Under the pieces are notes generated by a model. That model ran no database searches, had not been told where the DNA came from, and saw nothing but the letters and a program-made list of their open reading frames with translations. Made by a program: the position numbers and the translations under genes. A stretch of 64,000 nt of DNA from Euryarchaeota archaeon UBA462 (GTDB taxonomy: Archaea; Thermoplasmatota; Poseidoniia; Poseidoniales; Thalassarchaeaceae): the NCBI GenBank assembly GCA_002506755.1, contig DAYD01000021.1, forward strand, positions 29,452 through 93,451, read 5' to 3'. Positions 16,743 through 28,613 of this stretch are shown piece by piece (position 1 is the first letter of the stretch; each line of letters begins with the position of its first letter).

Positions 16743-17213
16743 TTAGCCCAACCTGAGTATGAGGCACTCATCCTCCCAAATCGCGCTAACCAAGCTCTTG
16801 CCATCGGGTACCCTAAAAGTTCGCATCATGCCCCCGAACCTTTCTGGAGAAATTATGCGTACTAGTTCCGTAGACTCTTCTCTTCCGATTTCCAAAACTA
16901 CCCCTTCCCTATCGGCTATTGAAATTGGCATCCTAATCAGAGGATCAGACCACTCCCCACCGAATTCTGATAAGAAATCCCCCAGTGTGGATACAGTTTT
17001 TCTCAGTTCCCTTGATTCTAAGTTAGATAGCATCTGATTATGCCTATTCTTAATCTCTTCAAGTTGAGGCACCGCCTTCAGAAAATTCTGGTGCATGGAC
17101 TCGGCATCGGTATCTAGTCCAATTTTCAAGTCATCAAAGCCATGTATCGTCTCCAGAGAGTTTTCATCTGATTCGAGGTGAACTCTTGTCCATTCCACAA
17201 ACGTCCCACTCAA
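16743..17213 (-). CDS. hypothetical protein with possible HSP20-like (alpha-crystallin / ArsA_HSP20-like) C-terminal beta-sandwich
   Basis: The track ORF 16743..17363 overlaps the XPD 3' end by 128 nt. In-frame starts after the XPD stop are TTG 17213, GTG 17198 and ATG 17096. The C-terminus PISIADREGVVLEIGREESTELVRIISPERFGGMMRTFRVPDGKSLVSAIWEDECLILRL resembles the RxFxLP and GVLxIxL pattern of small heat-shock folds. Confidence 0.4.
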   Translation of the reverse strand: MSGTFVEWTRVHLESDENSLETIHGFDDLKIGLDTDAESMHQNFLKAVPQLEEIKNRHNQMLSNLESRELRKTVSTLGDFLSEFGGEWSDPLIRMPISIADREGVVLEIGREESTELVRIISPERFGGMMRTFRVPDGKSLVSAIWEDECLILRLG

Positions 17214-17235
17214 TCGACCCGAATGAACCCATTGC

Positions 17236-19239
17236 TTAGCTAATCTCGAAGAATGCCTGAACTCTCTCCTTTGTCCTAGCCGGATTTGATGTCTGCATTT
17301 TGTGCATATTTGGTAAGCAACTTGCCTCTCTCTGCCCAAGTAGTCTTTTCTCCAAGAGTACAACTATTGCCCTGTCTTCTTTCTTTCTAATTGGCCTGCC
17401 GAGTGCTTGTAGGATGCTGTTAACTGCAGGCTGAAGACTGGCATACTTCCATGCTTTATTTCTATCGAATTTATTCGTATAGTATCTAATGAGAGCATCC
17501 TGCCTAGCGCTAGGAGGAGGCATGGGAAGTCCTACACAGACTATGGAATTGAGAATATTATCGGAGTAATCTACTCCTTCGGATAGCTTACCACTCAGAA
17601 CTCCAAAGAGTGCTGCACCGCTCATATTCTGATGCTCCCTCAAGCTACTGAGAATATTTTGCACCGCAGCCTTACTCATCCCTTGTTCCTCTTTGAGAGT
17701 AGCTTTGTTGATCCTAGGCCACGTCTCTTCAAAGTGTGAGAATATCTTGTTTAGCATTGAATAACTTGGAGCAAAGATTGCAACATTCCCCCTAGTTTTG
17801 TCAATCACAGCCCTAATATGGGCCAAAATGGAATCCATGCTCTCTTCTCTCTCTGAATATTTTGTAGTGACATCATTCGCAATCAGAATTGGCCTATTTC
17901 CAAGAGGAAATCCCGAGTCATATTCCTTGCAACTTACTCGGTCCCCCGGTATTCCTAGAATCTCAGAATACATCTGAGGGGGATAAAGCGTTCCAGACAT
18001 CAATATCGATCCCGAGCATTGTTCAAAAATCGGGCGCCCTACAACGCTTGGATCAAGTAAGTGGCTGGTAATTCTTGACATATCCAACTCCTCATCGAAT
18101 ACTAGAGCAAGAGCTGGACTAGCCCTATATCTGATGCATATCTCAAGAAATTCTCCAAGCGTAGTGCACTCGTTTCCCTCTTCTTCATCAAGACTTTCAT
18201 CTTCTTCGACGACAACTGATAGTAATCTGGAGATCATTGTCCTGACCCTTTGGATCCGATCATCACAATATTCATCTGAAACCCCCTCTAATCCGTCGGA
18301 AATAACATCGAGGAAATCCTGGGTATCAACCTTAAGATCGTCTCCCTTCGTGACATTGTTCTCATTATGCTTCTCTTCGAACCAATTTTTCAGACCATTG
18401 CCGTCTTTTAATGCTTTAATTTGCAATTCGAGAATCTTTGCTTCCTTGAGTTGATTCGACTCAGGGATATCCAGCTTTTTTTCCTTATCCTCTATGGCTT
18501 CCTTGTATTCCTGCGCATCAAATAAAGCTCTTTCCAAAACCCGTTCCGTGAATCTTCTCTCCAGACCACTCCTAATCCTGTCCGGAAGGTTGTGAGCTTC
18601 GTCAATAATTAGGATTGTATTCTCCAAATCCACTCCCATTACCGGGAGAGATGCCTCCCTGACCCCCTCAACAAAAACGTGGTTGTAGTCGCAAACAATG
18701 ATATCTGTTTTTTTTGCAGCTTCTCTTGCAGTAGACCAAGCACAAACATCTTGATTCTTTACCTTTCTAAGAACCTGGTCCACATGTCTAGGTTCAGAGT
18801 GTATGAATTCCTCAAGTCCCGACCTCAGAAATCTCTTCTCAGACTCAGTTAGGCCTTCCTCACAACTACATTTTCCTGTTGACCTGTCGATATTCTCGCA
18901 CATCCCTTCTCTCCCGATAATGTCGACTAATCTTACGCTGGAATATCCGGAGGGAATCTTCTTGTTCACCTCTTTGATAGTATCAACAACTATCCTATGC
19001 TGAGATTGCCTACCGGTCAAGAACATAATTTTCGGGCGCTCTTCCCCCGTATCGCATGATGCCCTAAGAGCTGAAGCTATAGAAGCAGCCGTTTTTCCTA
19101 TTCCAGTAGGTGCTGCCGCCATAAGAAAACCCCTATTTAACAGCGAATTCAACCCATCAGAAATCATGCCAATTTGTGACTCTCTAGGGGTTTCGTGAGC
19201 GAAAAAAAGGCTTTCCTCGCCCTTGGTATCCTCCGACAT
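17236..19239 (-). CDS. xpd: XPD/Rad3-family Fe-S DNA helicase (superfamily 2, DEAH)
   Basis: Walker A is AAPTGIGKT. Four Cys fit a 4Fe-4S domain (GMCEN, GKCSCEE, DVCAW). Motif II is IIDEAHNL. Motif VI is ALGRPIRKKEDRAIVVLLEKR. Confidence 0.85.
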   Translation of the reverse strand: MSEDTKGEESLFFAHETPRESQIGMISDGLNSLLNRGFLMAAAPTGIGKTAASIASALRASCDTGEERPKIMFLTGRQSQHRIVVDTIKEVNKKIPSGYSSVRLVDIIGREGMCENIDRSTGKCSCEEGLTESEKRFLRSGLEEFIHSEPRHVDQVLRKVKNQDVCAWSTAREAAKKTDIIVCDYNHVFVEGVREASLPVMGVDLENTILIIDEAHNLPDRIRSGLERRFTERVLERALFDAQEYKEAIEDKEKKLDIPESNQLKEAKILELQIKALKDGNGLKNWFEEKHNENNVTKGDDLKVDTQDFLDVISDGLEGVSDEYCDDRIQRVRTMISRLLSVVVEEDESLDEEEGNECTTLGEFLEICIRYRASPALALVFDEELDMSRITSHLLDPSVVGRPIFEQCSGSILMSGTLYPPQMYSEILGIPGDRVSCKEYDSGFPLGNRPILIANDVTTKYSEREESMDSILAHIRAVIDKTRGNVAIFAPSYSMLNKIFSHFEETWPRINKATLKEEQGMSKAAVQNILSSLREHQNMSGAALFGVLSGKLSEGVDYSDNILNSIVCVGLPMPPPSARQDALIRYYTNKFDRNKAWKYASLQPAVNSILQALGRPIRKKEDRAIVVLLEKRLLGQREASCLPNMHKMQTSNPARTKERVQAFFEIS

Positions 19240-19279
19240 GCGGATGTATGTGAAAATAGAACGACCAAGAAGATTGGCC

Positions 19280-22189
19280 CTACCTTACTACGATTGCTTC
19301 TGAGTCTCTGCTGTCTAAGACTATTTTTAGAGGGGAATTTAGCTTAATATGCCTTAATCCCTTTTCATCAATTCTGGCATCATGTGAATCCAGCCAGCCC
19401 CAGTCTACCTTGTCGCCCTTCACGATTGTCAGGTATCCTATGTTGAAAGTCACTATATTCTGGAAAAAATGTGTTCCTTGGGAAGGGTCTACGTGTATGT
19501 CGGACATTGGGGCCTCTACTATCGTCTTAGCCCCCATAATTTGATTCCATTGAGTTGGAATGCCCAGTGATGGGTCCGATGTCCCCCATCGCCCGGGACC
19601 AATAAGCAAGTATGGCCTGTCCCGGTTTCTTAGGTAAGAATCAACCTCCTCAATTAGAGGTACAAGATCCGTTGTCCTCATACGATCGATTCTATCAGGG
19701 TGAACATAGACCACATCCTCTATTCCATCTATGACCCCATTACCCAGCGACTTGCTGCTAATACAAACCGCCCTTTCCATATCAACTTCCTCCAGATCGA
19801 TATCGATGTCTACTGATTCGTCCAAAAGCTGCCTGACTTGCAGTATTGCGAATTTCTTAACGCCCCTCTCTTGATCTACGTTTATTGCAAACTCCATCTC
19901 AACCGGTGAGACAAGAAATTCCTCACAAGTCTTCAGAACGTGATCCAGAATTTGAGCAAGAGGGAATTTATCCCGTTTCAGGACAGGGGCAAAAGTGACC
20001 AACCTCGATCCACCCTCGGGCCTGATGGAATCTACTATCCTGTCATCCGATGGTATGTAAGTAGAACCGACTAGGGACAAGCGACCGTCCTCCTCAGCGT
20101 AATTGAGGCCCAGATGAAGTAGGTTATCCTGCTCAAAGGGGTGGACTTCTCCACTCTCTTTGGACATTGGTATTGCGAAGAATCTACTCTGGGATGTGTC
20201 GATGACTGAATTTGTGCTATAGAACTGATGAACCCTCTTTGGCTGAGCAGGGCTGAACCTCAAGCACTTGCCCCCGGATGAGACCTGCCTACCTAGGCCT
20301 ATGCAGACAGCTGCCAATCCATCTTCCATCTGAAGGGGCTCCACAGGGTAGTGATTCCTGCTCCTAGCGGCCCCAGATATATCTGGGTAAAATCTTCCCA
20401 TGGTTTCTCTGCCAACAACTTCCTGAATGACAACTGCCATACGCTCATCTTCAATTTTATTTGCAGTTGCCGTGATGTAGTTTTTGGCATTCTTGTGGAA
20501 AATTGATGCATAAACCAATTTTATTGCTTGTAAAAGGCGACTTAGTCTTACATTATCGTCTGGATGATCATTAGCTAGCATGTAAGTCGCATAAACCCCC
20601 GCAAATGGTTGGTGACTGGAATCCTCCAATAGACTTGAGGATCTTACAGCTATTGGCCAAGGATTGCTATCTAGTATTTCTTTTATTTTCCCTACCTCGT
20701 CACCAAACTCACCTGACAAGAAAGCACGATTTATTTCCCGGTCGGAGTAATTACCATAAGCGAATCTCGAAAGATCGTTCCTAGCAATGAAATCTCCAAA
20801 GACCCCGGTTGCGATGACTGCAGATCTAGGAACGACGAACTCGATTTCTGGATATGAAACTCCCAAACCTAACTTGTCCATTCTAGTGTAAAAGAATGCA
20901 AGACCTCTCCCCTTCCCACCAAGACTGCCTTTTCCTATCCTCATGAAACCCCCCGACTCTAATCTTGAAACATGATCAGTTATTGTTCGCTCACTTACCC
21001 TCCTAACATGGTCCCTGATTGTCTGAGAGATATGCTTCCTTACGTCTTCTGAGTCCTCAAAGTCATCCAGAGTCATCGGCCTCAGGGAGGCTGCTAGTGA
21101 GAACTCAGTCCTTCCTCTTAGCCAGTGTGAGAATTCATTCCTCTTTGCATGAAACTCTATTGTTTCGATTGGCATCTCGTCAATCATTTTTGCCAGCTCT
21201 TCCAGATTTGAAGCTCTACCGATTTCTGATCCCGCAGGTTTCCTAAAAACAAAGTCGCCAAAGCTCATTTTCTCTTTCATGAAGTCCTCTATTCTTTGGT
21301 ACAACATTGGGTCTTCCTTGTGCAGGAAGGGCACTCCCAGTTTCTCAGCTTCGCCTTTTAATTCGATATTCTTAGATTGAAGAAGGATTGGTAAATATCT
21401 ATGACCGCTCCCGGCGTATTTCACTAATTCTAAGCCCGCTGTATCTCTGTCCCCTCCTTTGTTGGGAAATCGACCATCGGTGAAGACTCCGATAATGTTC
21501 CTTGAGTACAAGTCAATTATTTCCTTTGCCTCATTCATATTTGTGGCAAGCAGTATCTTCGCCCGAGCCCTAAGTCTGAGCAAGTTCTCGTGAAGGTTCC
21601 CCCCCTCTCCAGTAAGCCTGCTCGTCTGGTTCACGAGTTGAGTGTAAAGTAGTGGAAGATAAGCGGAATAAAATCTCCTGCTATCCTCTACCAGCAAGAT
21701 TACCTGAACATCCCCCTCTCTAACGTCATTCTCCACGTTTTTCTCGTCCTCGATTAGCTTGCAAATTGACAGTAATATCCTGCTGTCACCGCTCCAGACG
21801 AAAATTCTGTCGATACCTTCTCCAGTATCCAAAGTCGCCAATTCTCTGGTATTTTGACTTAACATAACCACTGGAAGGTCCGAAACAATCCTTTTCAATT
21901 TTCTTGCAAGTTCAAAAACATTCATTTTCCCAACTTTGGACATTGTTATTACAAGATCGAACTTCCTAGCAGTAACAAGGGCAATTGCGTCATCGGCGTC
22001 TGGGCTATGGATGATACGAGGAGCTTGTGACATATTCAAGACAGAGTACTCCTCTTGTAGAATTTCTGCCAGATGGCCCGACTCTTCAAGCAGGTATCTG
22101 TCGAATTGACTGGCAATTAGTAGTACTTCCCTAACTCTGAAAGGAGTTAGCCTTTCGAATTTGTTCCAATCCTCTATGCTCCCATCCAT
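19280..22189 (-). CDS. receiver-domain / PEP-pyruvate-binding (PPDK_N, ATP-grasp) domain protein of unknown substrate
   Basis: 969-aa ORF with two N-terminal CheY-like segments. The central region has GKGSLGGKGRGLAFF and IAVRSSSLLEDSSHQPFAGVYATYML, matching the nucleotide-binding domain of PEP synthase and pyruvate phosphate dikinase. No TSHAAI-type phosphohistidine swivel motif was seen. Confidence 0.7.
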   Translation of the reverse strand: MDGSIEDWNKFERLTPFRVREVLLIASQFDRYLLEESGHLAEILQEEYSVLNMSQAPRIIHSPDADDAIALVTARKFDLVITMSKVGKMNVFELARKLKRIVSDLPVVMLSQNTRELATLDTGEGIDRIFVWSGDSRILLSICKLIEDEKNVENDVREGDVQVILLVEDSRRFYSAYLPLLYTQLVNQTSRLTGEGGNLHENLLRLRARAKILLATNMNEAKEIIDLYSRNIIGVFTDGRFPNKGGDRDTAGLELVKYAGSGHRYLPILLQSKNIELKGEAEKLGVPFLHKEDPMLYQRIEDFMKEKMSFGDFVFRKPAGSEIGRASNLEELAKMIDEMPIETIEFHAKRNEFSHWLRGRTEFSLAASLRPMTLDDFEDSEDVRKHISQTIRDHVRRVSERTITDHVSRLESGGFMRIGKGSLGGKGRGLAFFYTRMDKLGLGVSYPEIEFVVPRSAVIATGVFGDFIARNDLSRFAYGNYSDREINRAFLSGEFGDEVGKIKEILDSNPWPIAVRSSSLLEDSSHQPFAGVYATYMLANDHPDDNVRLSRLLQAIKLVYASIFHKNAKNYITATANKIEDERMAVVIQEVVGRETMGRFYPDISGAARSRNHYPVEPLQMEDGLAAVCIGLGRQVSSGGKCLRFSPAQPKRVHQFYSTNSVIDTSQSRFFAIPMSKESGEVHPFEQDNLLHLGLNYAEEDGRLSLVGSTYIPSDDRIVDSIRPEGGSRLVTFAPVLKRDKFPLAQILDHVLKTCEEFLVSPVEMEFAINVDQERGVKKFAILQVRQLLDESVDIDIDLEEVDMERAVCISSKSLGNGVIDGIEDVVYVHPDRIDRMRTTDLVPLIEEVDSYLRNRDRPYLLIGPGRWGTSDPSLGIPTQWNQIMGAKTIVEAPMSDIHVDPSQGTHFFQNIVTFNIGYLTIVKGDKVDWGWLDSHDARIDEKGLRHIKLNSPLKIVLDSRDSEAIVVR

Positions 22190-22238
22190 TTGATTTGCAC
22201 GGTCTATGCCATAGCATATCAGGAGAACGGAAGGTTGC

Positions 22239-22255
22239 CCCGCACTTGGTGCGGG
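22239..22255 (-). terminator. GC-rich hairpin (7-bp stem CCCGCAC/GTGCGGG, 3-nt loop) downstream of the 64-aa ORF
   Basis: Perfect inverted repeat at 22239-22245 / 22249-22255. It lies about 19 nt past the stop at 22274, in an otherwise AT-richer spacer. No clear T-run follows. Confidence 0.25.
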
Positions 22256-22273
22256 ACGGTGTGTGTTTGAGCT

Positions 22274-22468
22274 CTACTTATTTTCGGCCTTTCTAGGGGA
22301 TCTTGGAGCCTCACTTGCATCATAGCCAACTGCATTACTGAGTTTTTTTGCTCTTCCTCGCAAACTGCTAAGCCCATTCCCGAATTTTGTCATTCTCGAA
22401 GAATTTTGGTTGGGGGAGCGGATGTACCGCTCCCCCGGGTTTTTCGCGTGCATCCCAACATCGCCCAT
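22274..22468 (-). CDS. small (64 aa) basic, low-complexity protein of unknown function
   Basis: The ATG at 22468 is preceded by GAGGTGA at 7-nt spacing. That SD incorporates the TGA stop of the upstream RHH gene (minus-strand read TTGAGGTGAGAGAGATATG). The protein is rich in R/K/S/N. Confidence 0.45.
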   Translation of the reverse strand: MGDVGMHAKNPGERYIRSPNQNSSRMTKFGNGLSSLRGRAKKLSNAVGYDASEAPRSPRKAENK

Positions 22469-22480
22469 ATCTCTCTCACC

Positions 22481-22846
22481 TCAAGCGTTTGAATCTTCAT
22501 CGTACCTGGAGCGCAGCTCCTCCATGCGTTTCGAAAGTAATTCGACTACCGAAGCATCTTCGATAATCTCCTTACGAATCATCTCTCTGGCTGATTGTCT
22601 TAGAACAACATCTGCAGACTCCCCGACAATCTTACAGTAATCCCTCATTTTTACTGTTAGATCTGGGCCAAGGTCAACCTCTATCCTGTCGCCTTTTCCA
22701 GGTATTTGGGAACCCAGCATTCTCTTCACAGCTTCTCGAATCACGTCGGATCTGTTTCTCATGCCGTCAAATCCCACTAATCTGTCCAACTCCATTAGGT
22801 GATCCTCAGGAATTCTGAGGGATACCATCGGACTACTGCCTGGCAA
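22481..22846 (-). CDS. ribbon-helix-helix (CopG/Arc/MetJ superfamily) DNA-binding protein, apparently two RHH units in one chain
   Basis: Unit 1 is VSLRIPEDHLMELDRLV followed by NRSDVIREAVKRML. Unit 2 is IEVDLGPDLTVKMRDYCKIVGESADVVLRQSAREMIRKEI. The TTG start at 22846 is preceded by AGGAGG at 8-nt spacing; ATG at 22828 is an alternative. Confidence 0.7.
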   Translation of the reverse strand: MPGSSPMVSLRIPEDHLMELDRLVGFDGMRNRSDVIREAVKRMLGSQIPGKGDRIEVDLGPDLTVKMRDYCKIVGESADVVLRQSAREMIRKEIIEDASVVELLSKRMEELRSRYDEDSNA

Positions 22847-22887
22847 TACTTGCTCCTCCTAAGCTATCAGAGCAGTGGATGGCATAT

Positions 22888-22924
22888 AATTGTATTGCAA
22901 ATGAATTACAATTGAATTACAATG
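22888..22924. promoter_or_regulatory. candidate operator: perfect tandem 11-mer TGAATTACAAT x2 plus inverted half-site AATTGTA overlapping a TATA-like ATATAAT
   Basis: The 11-mer at 22902-22912 is identical to 22913-22923. AATTGTA (22888-22894) is the reverse complement of TACAATT (22907-22913). The element lies in the 149-nt divergent spacer between the RHH gene and the HD gene, about 40-75 nt upstream of the RHH start. Confidence 0.4.
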
Positions 22925-22995
22925 CTTGAGTCATTTGGAAAACTCTCAGTCGAGCGATTCAAAGTGGAAGCCCTTTCAGCAACATTCGGGTTTAG

Positions 22996-24312
22996 ATGAA
23001 AGTCATCAATGATGCAATACATGGCCAGTTCAAGTTAGATGGAGTCACCGAGGATTTACTTTCTACTCCAGAGTTAAACAAGCTAAGTCACATCAAGCAA
23101 CTGGGATTGGCACACCTTGTTTTTCCCGGAGCCCATCATACCAGGTTCGAGCACTCTCTTGGTGCATCACACCTTGCTGGAAAAATGGCAGATTCCCTAA
23201 ACATGGATCCTTTGGAAAAAACCACTCTACAAGTTGCTGCCATGTTGCATGACGTCGGTCATGGGCCATATTCCCACACTTTAGAACATATTTTGGAGGA
23301 AAGAGGAGGCTCGGACCACATGACAGTAACTCAAGGAATAATATTAGGGGATTATGACGTACTTGGTGATGGCGAAAGTAAATCCCTAAGCCAAAGGACA
23401 TCGATACCCGAAGTTCTTGAAAATTATGGGTTAGATCCTAAGACGGTTGCTTCTCTGATAAGGGGGCCGGACGCTTCTGGAACCGAGAGATCATTGCTTA
23501 GTTGGACCGAGGGCAGGAAAGATTTCAGTAAAGATGACCTAACAATGGCGAAGCTAATTCACGGGCCAATCGACTGTGATCAACTAGATTACCTTCTAAG
23601 GGATTCTCACTTCACCGGGGTCAAGCACGGAGTGGTGGATCATAGAAGGCTAGTGGGGTCACTTAGAAGTGAAGCAGGCGATGTTGCAGTAGAACAAGGA
23701 GGGTTGTCTGCATTGGAAGGGATGTTAGTTGCAAGGGGTCTAATGTATAGTGCAGTTTATTTCCACAAGGTAACCAGAATTACCGAGGTCATGCTTTCTA
23801 GGGCCGTAGAGAGAACAAGTGAAGGACTTCCTGATTCAATTGATCTACAAAGAATGGTAGATGCGGAAATCTGGGGGGCGCTTGAATCAGCAGGGGAATT
23901 CGCCAAAGATATGGTTACCAGACTGAAATATAGGAATCTACTCAAGGTTTGCATGAGCCTAAGGAAGGAGGATCTCAGTTCCAATCAAATTCACTCACTC
24001 TTGAAAATAGCAAAAAACTCCCAGCTTAGAAGAGAGTTGGAAGACGACATTGCATACAGATCGGGATTGGAACCAGGTTACGTTGCAATCGATGTACCCA
24101 GCGTCAAGCTCCTCCTATCAGAGCCAAGGATGACTCAGGTAGACGTGAAAGTGGTCGGGAAGGATGGGAAGACTAGATGGCTAAGGGAGATGACGCCTAT
24201 GGCGGAAGCACTTAGGAAGAGGCAGGTAAGTCAAGACGCGGTTTACGTGATGACATTGCCCGGAAAAGAGCCAAAGGTGTGCGAAATCGCCCAGCGTAGA
24301 CTTTTTTCATAA
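22996..24312 (+). CDS. HD-domain phosphohydrolase (dGTPase/SAMHD1-like dNTP triphosphohydrolase family)
   Basis: INDAIHGQFKL, HTRFEHSLGASHLA and LHDVGHGPYSH form the H...HD...D metal site. DCDQLDYLLRDSHFTG is also present. Confidence 0.85.
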   Translation: MKVINDAIHGQFKLDGVTEDLLSTPELNKLSHIKQLGLAHLVFPGAHHTRFEHSLGASHLAGKMADSLNMDPLEKTTLQVAAMLHDVGHGPYSHTLEHILEERGGSDHMTVTQGIILGDYDVLGDGESKSLSQRTSIPEVLENYGLDPKTVASLIRGPDASGTERSLLSWTEGRKDFSKDDLTMAKLIHGPIDCDQLDYLLRDSHFTGVKHGVVDHRRLVGSLRSEAGDVAVEQGGLSALEGMLVARGLMYSAVYFHKVTRITEVMLSRAVERTSEGLPDSIDLQRMVDAEIWGALESAGEFAKDMVTRLKYRNLLKVCMSLRKEDLSSNQIHSLLKIAKNSQLRRELEDDIAYRSGLEPGYVAIDVPSVKLLLSEPRMTQVDVKVVGKDGKTRWLREMTPMAEALRKRQVSQDAVYVMTLPGKEPKVCEIAQRRLFS

Positions 24313-24347
24313 TGCAAAAAATTCAGTCTTTTTACTTGGAACATTGA

Positions 24348-27806
<3,459 letters not shown>

Positions 27807-27812
27807 CCCTAA

Positions 27813-28571
27813 ATGACTGAATATTTTCTTGAAATCAACCTATTGATGGGGCGAAGGTTCATCCTCCAGATTTTTCTGGGAGTGCTCATGTCTGCTGGAG
27901 CAACTCCTTGGGGTGACCCATTCATTGCACCTTTGTTGGTTCTATGGTTATACCTTCCAGGGTACCTCTCCAATACAGCCGCAATGTTGGGTGGGAAGTG
28001 GATTCCAGACATTACGGGGATAAACGTGTACAGAATCGATGGCGGCAAACAATTGGGTGACGGACACAGAATTCTTGGTGATGGGAAGACATGGAATGGC
28101 CTCATTGGAGGCACAATAGGGGGTGGGATAATCTGTATGTTAACCCACTCTTTATCGAGAGACAATCCAATTTCATCTTCCCCATTTGTCGACCCATTGG
28201 CCACATATGAGCCCGGCAACGCAGGAATTTCTGATGCTTGGTTTTACCTTGGTAGTGAAATTTTCACCGCCTTCTTTATCGGGTGTATCCTAGGGTTTGG
28301 ATGTATGATTGGAGACTCAGTCGGATCCTTCTTCAAACGCCGACTGGGACACAAAAGGGAAGGCAATGAAAGCTCTCAAGCGCCGATACTCGACACTCTC
28401 CCCTTCGCAATTTTTGCCTTCCTGTTCGGTCAGCTTTTCCTAGATCCTCTTCTGATAGGCAGCTCAAAACTAATCATGGGTATGCTGATCCTTCTCATGG
28501 CTACTCCTGTAATGCATCGAGCATTCAACATAATTGGATATAAACTAGGGCTTAAATCAGTCCCCTATTGA
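27813..28571 (+). CDS. carS: CDP-archaeol synthase (CDP-2,3-bis-O-geranylgeranyl-sn-glycerol synthase)
   Basis: RILGDGKTWNGLIGG, GDSVGSFFKRRLG and the C-terminal YKLGLKSVPY match archaeal CarS. The true start may be ATG 27846, because 27813 lies only 6 nt from the divergent ORF start. About 45 extra residues sit between the conserved blocks. Confidence 0.9.
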   Translation: MTEYFLEINLLMGRRFILQIFLGVLMSAGATPWGDPFIAPLLVLWLYLPGYLSNTAAMLGGKWIPDITGINVYRIDGGKQLGDGHRILGDGKTWNGLIGGTIGGGIICMLTHSLSRDNPISSSPFVDPLATYEPGNAGISDAWFYLGSEIFTAFFIGCILGFGCMIGDSVGSFFKRRLGHKREGNESSQAPILDTLPFAIFAFLFGQLFLDPLLIGSSKLIMGMLILLMATPVMHRAFNIIGYKLGLKSVPY

Positions 28572-28613
28572 ATTGGAAAAGTTTACTGAATGTAGCAGAC
28601 GGATGTATTTTGC

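Noticed and set aside
22996-24312. HD-domain dNTPase-like protein as an anti-phage dGTPase defence gene
   Set aside because: This COG1078-type HD protein is widespread as a core gene in archaea. No other defence genes are nearby, and the context (gdhA, regulator) looks like housekeeping.
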